DNA from: Chthonomonadales bacterium
Lineage (GTDB): Bacteria; Armatimonadota; Chthonomonadetes; Chthonomonadales; CAJBBX01
DNA length: 64,000 bases
Assembly (NCBI GenBank): GCA_049967475.1
Contig: JBMFSQ010000003.1
Coordinates: 1-64,000, forward strand
Reading direction: 5' to 3'
Shown here: piece after piece, positions 57,289-64,000 of the stretch
Layout: each line of letters opens with the position of its first letter
Numbering within the stretch: the first letter of the stretch is position 1
Notes under the pieces: generated by a model
Told to the model about the DNA's origin: nothing
Databases searched by the model: none
The model's input: only the letters and a program-made list of their open reading frames with translations
Translations under genes and position numbers: made by a program

Positions 57289-58524
57289 ATGAGGCGCGTG
57301 GTGGTTACGGGGATGGGCCTGGTGACGTCTCTGGGCGAACGCCTTGATGTATTCTGGCAGAACATCCTCCAGGGCAAGTCGGGGGTGTCGCCGATCGTGT
57401 CTTTCGACGCCTCGGGGTTTGCCACGCGCTTCGCAGCCGAAGTGGTGAACTTTGACCCTGAGGCCTACATGGAACGCAAAGAAGCCAGGCGGATGGACCG
57501 CTTTGTGCAGTTCGCCGTCGCCGCTTCCCGGATGGCCTTGGAAGATGCGAAGCTCGAGATCACCCCTGAAATCGCCGACCGGGTAGGGGTGCTCATCGGA
57601 AGCGGCATCGGCGGCATCCAGACTATGGAGCAGCAGTTCCGGGTACTCATCGAGCGTGGACCGGACCGCCTCAGCCCCTTCTTCATCCCCATGCTCATCT
57701 CCGACATGGCTGCCGGGCAGGTGTCCATCCTCTTTGGAGCGAAAGGGCCCAATTCCTGCGTGGTGACCGCCTGCGCCACAGGGACCATGGCATTGGGCGA
57801 CGCCTTCCATCTCATCGCCCGGGGAGATGCCGATGCCGTCATTGCGGGGGGAAGCGAGGCAGGCATTTCACCCATGGGCCTTGGAGGCTTCTGCGCAGCC
57901 AGGGCCCTTTCTACGCGCAACGACGATCCCCAGAGAGCCAGCCGGCCCTTCGACGCTACTCGGGACGGGTTCGTAATGGCCGAGGGAGCCGGTATCCTCG
58001 TTCTGGAGGAACTGGAGCACGCTCGGCAGCGGCACGCGCGTATCTATGCTGAAATCACCGGATATGGCATGTCGGGCGATGCATACCACATCACCGCGCC
58101 GGCTCCCGAAGGGGAAGGAGCCTTCAGGGCGATGCGGCGCGCGCTGGAGTGGGCGGGCATCACCCCAGCCGAGGTGGACTACATCAACGCCCACGGCACA
58201 TCAACAATCCCGAACGACAAGCTGGAAACGGCTGCCATCAAGAGGCTTTTTGGCGCTGACGCCTACCGCGTGGCGATTAGCTCCACAAAATCCATGACGG
58301 GGCACCTGTTGGGTGCAGCGGGCGCGGTGGAAGCGATCATCAGCATCCTCGCAATCCGGGACCAAGTCGCCCCGCCAACGATCAACTATGAGACGCCGGA
58401 TCCGGAATGTGATCTGGATTATGTGCCCAACGTCGCTCGGCCCATGCCCATCCGCACGGTAATGTCCAATTCCTTCGGTTTCGGAGGGCACAACGCAACC
58501 CTTGTTCTTCGATCGTACGATTAG
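57289..58524 (+). CDS. fabF: Beta-ketoacyl-ACP synthase II
   Basis: [52 protein letters not shown]. Confidence 0.97.
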   Translation: MRRVVVTGMGLVTSLGERLDVFWQNILQGKSGVSPIVSFDASGFATRFAAEVVNFDPEAYMERKEARRMDRFVQFAVAASRMALEDAKLEITPEIADRVGVLIGSGIGGIQTMEQQFRVLIERGPDRLSPFFIPMLISDMAAGQVSILFGAKGPNSCVVTACATGTMALGDAFHLIARGDADAVIAGGSEAGISPMGLGGFCAARALSTRNDDPQRASRPFDATRDGFVMAEGAGILVLEELEHARQRHARIYAEITGYGMSGDAYHITAPAPEGEGAFRAMRRALEWAGITPAEVDYINAHGTSTIPNDKLETAAIKRLFGADAYRVAISSTKSMTGHLLGAAGAVEAIISILAIRDQVAPPTINYETPDPECDLDYVPNVARPMPIRTVMSNSFGFGGHNATLVLRSYD

Positions 58525-58611
58525 GGCTGGGGCGCGCAGCGCCTTGCGGGTTCTTGCTGTATGTCGGGAGGCGGTAGGCTTATCGGCTCCCGCAGAAGAT
58601 GGGAGGTCGGC

Positions 58612-59304
58612 GTGAGGGAGGCTGACACGCTGGATGTGCTGCAGGCGAACCTCCAAGTGAATTTCCGCGATCTTGAACTGCTGAAACAGTCCCTCCGGCA
58701 CCGTTCGGCTTCTGCAGAGACCGGCGAGGAGAGCAACGAACGATTGGAGTTTTTGGGCGACGCCGTCCTTGGGTTTCTCGTGTCCGATCTGCTGGTGTCG
58801 CGCTTCCCTCAGGCGAGCGAGGGCACGCTTGCCAAAGCCAAGGCGTATCTGGTAAGTGAAGAATGTCTGGCCGAGACCGCTCGTGCGCTGGGCGTAGATA
58901 GCGCCCTTCAACTCAGTAGCGCCGAGGATGCTTCGGGCGGAAGGACCCGGTCCTCGATCCTTGCGGATGCCATGGAGGCCGTGATCGCGGCGATTTACCT
59001 CGATGCAGGCTTGCGTACCGCACGGCGTGTGGTGCGCCGGTTGCTGGCCGAGCGATTGAAGCAACTGGAGGAAGGCGGATATCAGGGGGACTACAAATCG
59101 CGCCTCCAAGAGCGTGTCCAAGCCCAGTACGGGGAATTGCCGGAATACCGCATCGTGTCTACAGAAGGCCGAGATCACGATAAGACCTTTACAGCTCAGG
59201 TACTCATCACCGGCTGCTTGTCTGGTCAAGGAACGGGCAAGAGTAAGAAGCAGGCCGAACAGGCTGCAGCAAAGGATGCTCTAGACAAACTCGAAGAGTG
59301 TTGA
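58612..59304 (+). CDS. rnc: Ribonuclease III
   Basis: NERLEFLGDAVL, ADAMEAVIAAIYLD, dsRBD DYKSRLQE...G.SKKQAEQ.AA. Confidence 0.97.
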   Translation: MREADTLDVLQANLQVNFRDLELLKQSLRHRSASAETGEESNERLEFLGDAVLGFLVSDLLVSRFPQASEGTLAKAKAYLVSEECLAETARALGVDSALQLSSAEDASGGRTRSSILADAMEAVIAAIYLDAGLRTARRVVRRLLAERLKQLEEGGYQGDYKSRLQERVQAQYGELPEYRIVSTEGRDHDKTFTAQVLITGCLSGQGTGKSKKQAEQAAAKDALDKLEEC

Positions 59305-59353
59305 TGCCTGCTTTACAGCCGATACGGCTGGAGGCAGGTTCGGAGAATACACA

Positions 59354-60166
59354 ATGAGTACACAACCTGTCGCCATGATCGGCGTCATCGGCGGAAGTGG
59401 CTTCTATAGCCTGCTGGACAACGTGGAAGAGGTTGCCGTCACTACTCCCTATGGAGATCCAAGCGACCACGTATTCCTGGCTCCGGTGGGGGACCGTACC
59501 GTAGCCTTTCTACCCCGCCACGGCCGACGCCATACGATCCCTCCGCACAAAATCAACTATCGCGCCAACATCTGGGCGCTCAAATCCCTGGGAGTAGAGT
59601 ACTTGGTAAGCCCGTGCGCGGCGGGCAGCCTCCAGCCCCACATCAAACCCGGCGATTTCGTGGTGTGCGACCAATACGTAGATCGCACCCGGAACCGCAT
59701 AGATACCTTCTTTGACGGTCCCGATGTATACCATGTAAGCCCTGCAGAACCTTACTGCCCGCACCTGCGCCTTCTGGCTATCGAGACGATCCGGGAACAC
59801 GGCATCACTGTCCATGAACGAGGCACGGTGGTTGTGATCAACGGGCCGCGCTTCTCCACACAGGCGGAGTCCAAATGGTTCGCCGATCAGGGGTGGGAAG
59901 TGATCAGCATGACGCAATACCCTGAAGCCTACCTGGCGTTGGAACAACAGATGGCCGTCGTGAACATCTCGGTCATCACGGACTACGACAGCGCCATCTT
60001 CGCATCTGGGATCATTCCTCCCGTAACCGCCGCGCAGGTATTCGAGGTCTTTCGGCAGAACTCTCAACGCATCCGGGAAGTCGTCTTGGACCTGGTTCGG
60101 CGCATCCCGCTAGACCTCCAGAGCCCGTGCCATTGTACTTTGCAGAACGCAAAGGTCAATCCCTGA
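59354..60166 (+). CDS. mtnP: S-methyl-5'-thioadenosine phosphorylase
   Basis: IGVIGGSGFY, TPYGDPS, PRHG, INYRANI, GPRFST.AES, ITDYD. Adjacent to mtnA. Confidence 0.93.
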   Translation: MSTQPVAMIGVIGGSGFYSLLDNVEEVAVTTPYGDPSDHVFLAPVGDRTVAFLPRHGRRHTIPPHKINYRANIWALKSLGVEYLVSPCAAGSLQPHIKPGDFVVCDQYVDRTRNRIDTFFDGPDVYHVSPAEPYCPHLRLLAIETIREHGITVHERGTVVVINGPRFSTQAESKWFADQGWEVISMTQYPEAYLALEQQMAVVNISVITDYDSAIFASGIIPPVTAAQVFEVFRQNSQRIREVVLDLVRRIPLDLQSPCHCTLQNAKVNP

Positions 60167-60210
60167 ATGTGCATCCTTCGTGCTCGGAGGAGCAATGGGA
60201 AGGGCGTGCA

Positions 60211-61311
60211 ATGACGGCCGGAGATGAGCCGCTCATGACGGTGGCCTGGACGGGCCGGAGCGTTCGGCTCGTGGACCAGACGCTGTTGCCGGAGCGGCTG
60301 GAGTACCGCGAATACGAGCAGTGGCGCGATGTGGCCGACGCCATCCGTTCCATGGTGGTGCGCGGAGCCCCGGCCATCGGGTGCACAGCGGCCCTTGGGT
60401 TGGCGCTGGCAGGCCGGAATGCTCAGGCATCCTCTCGGGCGGCCTTCGAAGCGGAGATGGAAGCCGCGGCGGCCGTGTTCCGGTCTGCCCGCCCGACAGC
60501 AGTGAACTTGTTCTGGGCTGTAGACCGGATCATGGATGTGGTACGCCGTAGCCCAGGGAACGTGGACGACGTGCGGGGCGCCATGCTGGCCGAGGCGCTT
60601 CAGATGCTTCACGAGGACGTGTCCACAAATCGTGCCTTGGGACGCCATGGCGCCTCCCTTCTGCGGGATGGCGACACGGTGCTTACGCATTGCAACGCAG
60701 GTGCACTGGCGTGCGTAGGCTACGGAACCGCCCTCGGCGTGATCCGCGCCGCTCGTGAGGCCGGAAAGCACATTAAGGTTCTGGCGGATGAGACGCGCCC
60801 GCGGTTGCAGGGGATGAAGCTTACCGCGTGGGAACTTCACCGGGAAGGGATCCCGGTGACGGTTATCGCCGATAACATGGCCGCCTCCCTCATGCGGGCG
60901 GGGCAAGTGTCTTGCGTGATAGTAGGGGCCGATCGCATCGCAGCCAATGGGGACACTGCCAACAAGATCGGGACCTATGGCTTGGCCGTATTATCTCGGC
61001 ACCATTCCATTCCTTTCTACGTAGCGGCACCGATCTCCACAGTAGATTTCACCTTGGATACCGGGGCCCGCATCCCAATCGAACAGCGTCCGGCTGAAGA
61101 GGTGACGCATATCAACGGGGTGCGCATTGCCCCGGAGGGCGTGGGTGTGCTGAACCCGGCCTTCGACGTAACGCCGCACGAACTCATAACCGCCATCATT
61201 ACGGAAGAGGGTGTGGCATACCCTCCGTTTGCGTCCACCCTGGCGGAAGCCTTGGCGCGCCAACAGACACGCCGTCGCAAGGAGCAGACACGTGAGCGAA
61301 CTTCTAGCTGA
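60211..61311 (+). CDS. mtnA: Methylthioribose-1-phosphate isomerase
   Basis: [56 protein letters not shown]. Confidence 0.97.
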   Translation: MTAGDEPLMTVAWTGRSVRLVDQTLLPERLEYREYEQWRDVADAIRSMVVRGAPAIGCTAALGLALAGRNAQASSRAAFEAEMEAAAAVFRSARPTAVNLFWAVDRIMDVVRRSPGNVDDVRGAMLAEALQMLHEDVSTNRALGRHGASLLRDGDTVLTHCNAGALACVGYGTALGVIRAAREAGKHIKVLADETRPRLQGMKLTAWELHREGIPVTVIADNMAASLMRAGQVSCVIVGADRIAANGDTANKIGTYGLAVLSRHHSIPFYVAAPISTVDFTLDTGARIPIEQRPAEEVTHINGVRIAPEGVGVLNPAFDVTPHELITAIITEEGVAYPPFASTLAEALARQQTRRRKEQTRERTSS

Positions 61312-61816
61312 ACAACTGATACGCGACGTTCCGGACTTTCCGAAGCCCGGCATCCTCTTCAAGGACATCACGCCCGTGCTCGCGAGCTACCCTGCGATGC
61401 GGCAGATAATTGACGCCATCGTGGAGTACGCCCGGCCCATGAACCCCGATGTGGTGGTAGGGATCGAGTCCCGGGGCTTCGTTCTGGGGATGCCCGTGGC
61501 CATGGCTCTGGAAGTCGGCTTCGTTCCGGTGCGCAAGCTCGGAAAGCTCCCGGCGAAGACCATCTCGGAGGAGTATGCCCTGGAGTACGGAACCAATACC
61601 GTTGAGATGCACGCTGATGCCATACAGCCCGGGGCTCGGGCGCTGATCGTAGATGATCTGCTTGCCACCGGAGGCACTGCGGCTGCCTCAGCGCGCCTTG
61701 TGGAGCGGCTGGGCGGCACGGTGTGCGGCTTTGCCTTCCTGATCGAACTGGCGTTTCTCCACGGGCGCCGGGTGCTCTCGGGTTATGATGTGAAGGCGCT
61801 GATCCGGTACGACTAG
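61292..61816 (+). CDS. apt: Adenine phosphoribosyltransferase
   Basis: [37 protein letters not shown]. Confidence 0.97.
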   Translation: MSELLAEQLIRDVPDFPKPGILFKDITPVLASYPAMRQIIDAIVEYARPMNPDVVVGIESRGFVLGMPVAMALEVGFVPVRKLGKLPAKTISEEYALEYGTNTVEMHADAIQPGARALIVDDLLATGGTAAASARLVERLGGTVCGFAFLIELAFLHGRRVLSGYDVKALIRYD

Positions 61817-61851
61817 GCGGGCGTACCGATCCTTTATAGGCACATCGAAGG

Positions 61852-63204
61852 ATGCGCTCGATGTTGGAACGGTTGTTTCACATTTCTCAATACCGCACGA
61901 GCGTGCGCACAGAGGTACTGGCCGGTGTGACCACCTTCATGACCATGGCCTACATCATCATAGTAAACCCGGCCATCCTTGCAGGCAGCCCCTCTCATCC
62001 AGGCCCCTTGGGCCCCAGTCTCTTTGCCCCTACCGTCACTGCCACGTGCCTTGCCGCCGCGATTCCTACGCTCTTGATGGGGTTGTGGGCCAACTATCCT
62101 TTCGCTCTGGCCAGCGGGATGGGGCTCAACGCGGCCCTCGTAGCGGCTGTAGGCAGTGGGCCGGGCATCACTTGGCAGGTCATGATGGGGGTGGTGTTTG
62201 TAGAGGGAGCCATTGTGGCCGTGCTCGTTCTCACTCGTCTGAGGCAGGCTGTGATGCAGGCCATCCCCCTGGATCTCAAGCGGGCGATTGGAGTGGGCAT
62301 AGGCCTATTCATTGCCCTTCTCGGGATGCACAATGCCCATTGGATCTCCACAAGTTCTGCGCCGGTTCCCGGCGTTCCGAGCACATTCACACCCACGGGG
62401 AACTTCCATTTGGCGCCCACCTTGCTGGCGACGTTCGGCGTGTTTGTGTCGGCCCTGCTTCTAATCCGCCGGGTGCGCGGAGCCCTGCTCACAGGGATTG
62501 CATTGACGACCGTGGCGGCGATGGCCCTTCATCTGCAGCCTCTGCCCCAGCATGTGGCGGCTCCTCCCAGCTTCGCCACCATTGGAAAACTGAGCCTGAG
62601 TGGGGTATTGACACCCGCTGCCATCGCCCTCGTGTTTGCCTTCATGATGAGCGACTTCTTTGACACGATGGGCACGGTTATCGCCATCGGGGAACAGGCC
62701 GGCTACCTGGATCCCGACGGCAGCCTCCCCAGGTTGAACAGGGTGCTGCTTGTGGATGCATTGGCAGCGGTATGGGGCGGCTTCTGCTGCGCCAGCTCGT
62801 CCACTACCTATATCGAAAGTGCCGCGGGCGTAGGCGAAGGGGGCCGCACAGGGCTCACCAGCGTCGTGGTTGGATTTCTGTTCCTGGCGAGCATGTTCTT
62901 GGCTCCTTTGGTGCAGGCTGTTCCTGCCGAGGCCACCGCTGCTGCCCTCATATTGGTGGGCTTCATGATGATGACCGTGGTGAAAGACATCAACTTCGGC
63001 GATGCGGTGTCGGCAATTCCGGCTTTTCTCATCATGCTGCTGATCCCGCTGACGATGTCTATCGCCCGGGGTATCGGCATCGGATTTATCGCCTACGTGC
63101 TTTTTCATGCCCTTACTGGGCGTGCCCGAGAAGTGTCGCCTATGTTGTGGGGGCTGGCAGGTCTCTTTGCCCTGACATTCTATTTTGAGCATGCGCCGGT
63201 ATAG
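61852..63204 (+). CDS. NCS2/AzgA-family purine permease
   Basis: EVLAGVTTFMTMAYII.VNP, GMGLNA, FFDTMGT, TTYIESAAGV.EGGRTG. Confidence 0.94.
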   Translation: MRSMLERLFHISQYRTSVRTEVLAGVTTFMTMAYIIIVNPAILAGSPSHPGPLGPSLFAPTVTATCLAAAIPTLLMGLWANYPFALASGMGLNAALVAAVGSGPGITWQVMMGVVFVEGAIVAVLVLTRLRQAVMQAIPLDLKRAIGVGIGLFIALLGMHNAHWISTSSAPVPGVPSTFTPTGNFHLAPTLLATFGVFVSALLLIRRVRGALLTGIALTTVAAMALHLQPLPQHVAAPPSFATIGKLSLSGVLTPAAIALVFAFMMSDFFDTMGTVIAIGEQAGYLDPDGSLPRLNRVLLVDALAAVWGGFCCASSSTTYIESAAGVGEGGRTGLTSVVVGFLFLASMFLAPLVQAVPAEATAAALILVGFMMMTVVKDINFGDAVSAIPAFLIMLLIPLTMSIARGIGIGFIAYVLFHALTGRAREVSPMLWGLAGLFALTFYFEHAPV

Positions 63205-63296
63205 CCACATGGCTGGTCATCAAGGTTCAGTATCATGCTCTGGGCCCTTGGTGCACCGCCTCAATCCATCAATAACTCGAAAGGGAGGTTCGCAAT

Positions 63297-64000
63297 ATGG
63301 CCACCGTTACGGTCACCGTGGACTGTGAGGCCGCAGGAAAGGGAAAGTGCTACACGAGAGAACTGGTAAAGGTTGCAGAGGAATTCATGGTGCCGCTCAC
63401 TTGGCTCATCTTCGTGTCCGAAAAGGACCCTATGTCCAACGTCAATCTGTATCACGGCGAGTACTTCCACCGCATCCCGTCGTGGCACGAATACGGCATG
63501 CTCCTCAGCTTTGAGAATAGCCACGGGTATATCTCGGATCCGGAAGAACGCGGTAACGTGATCCGCATCGGCAAGGATGTGCTCAAGCAGTGCCACATCA
63601 AGGCCACGAGCTTCCGGGCGCATCGCTTCGATCTTCTGCCGGCAGATCTGAGGTATCTGGCGGATATCGGCATCCTCGTAGATGGATCGGCATGCCCGGG
63701 CGCACAAGATAAGCACGAGGTGGCTTGGCCGGATGGACCCGCCCAGCCGTATCGGCCGTCTGCGGAGGATCTCGCCAAACCCGGCGATGCACCCATCTGG
63801 ATGATCCCCCTCGCTACCTACAGGGGTGTGGCGGCGTATCTGGACTTCGGATGGGCCAAGGTGGAGCCTGTAATCCGCCACGCGATAGAAAACTCCCCGG
63901 TGGTCCATATCGCTTTGAGCGATTATGTGGAAAATACGGCAACGCTGCGTAATGCTTTAACCCTGCTCAAGCAATCAGGGGCGCGCTTCGCCACCCTCAC
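63297..64000 (+). CDS. Polysaccharide deacetylase-like hypothetical protein (runs off the window end)
   Basis: AAGGGAGG RBS. MATVTVTVDCE...PLTWLIF...HEYG...SFRAHRF...VDGSACPG...P.QPYRPS. Not in the ORF track because there is no stop in the window. Confidence 0.65.
   Translation, partial: MATVTVTVDCEAAGKGKCYTRELVKVAEEFMVPLTWLIFVSEKDPMSNVNLYHGEYFHRIPSWHEYGMLLSFENSHGYISDPEERGNVIRIGKDVLKQCHIKATSFRAHRFDLLPADLRYLADIGILVDGSACPGAQDKHEVAWPDGPAQPYRPSAEDLAKPGDAPIWMIPLATYRGVAAYLDFGWAKVEPVIRHAIENSPVVHIALSDYVENTATLRNALTLLKQSGARFATL

Noticed and set aside
1..64000. CRISPR arrays, IS elements, prophage, rRNA, defence systems
   Set aside because: No regularly spaced repeats and no transposase, integrase, phage or rRNA signatures were found by eye.

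Overview
GC-rich bacterial chromosomal segment, mostly housekeeping genes. The gene content (DUF6785-like membrane protein, three PilT paralogues, Firmicute-like coaD-yceD-rpmF-plsX-fab-rnc order) suggests Armatimonadota, but that is inference only. In order: asnS (truncated at the window edge), leuS, a cupin, a large membrane protein, comEA, a secreted protein, an M28 peptidase and panCB; a selenocysteine locus (selA, selenoprotein selD with an in-frame UGA and SECIS-like hairpin, tRNA-Sec) followed by tRNA-Ala; three tandem PilT/PilU ATPases; a 6-oxopurine-type MTAP paralogue, a YfhO-like protein, a CBS protein and a liv ABC transporter; the glycine cleavage operon with a lipoate ligase; a ~6 kb nitric-oxide/sulfur block (qNOR divergent from ArsR-rhodanese, DsrE, SQR-like and cysteine desulfurase genes); GNAT, CDF, two TPR proteins, a double beta-helix protein and GH113; then recG-coaD-yceD-rpmF-plsX-fabHDG-acpP-fabF-rnc-mtnP-mtnA-apt-NCS2. 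Most unusual observations: (1) a LivM-LivG fusion whose ATPase domain carries a 64-aa insert that looks like a membrane hairpin; (2) a full-length qNOR frame interrupted only by two in-frame UGA codons in a Sec-decoding organism, beside two +1 frameshifted sulfur genes, most simply read as local decay; (3) the recoded selD and a structured selA-selD spacer; (4) an unannotated 37-codon ORF with a perfect Shine-Dalgarno. No CRISPR array, transposase, integrase or rRNA was seen. Family assignments rest on motif recognition by eye, with no database searches.
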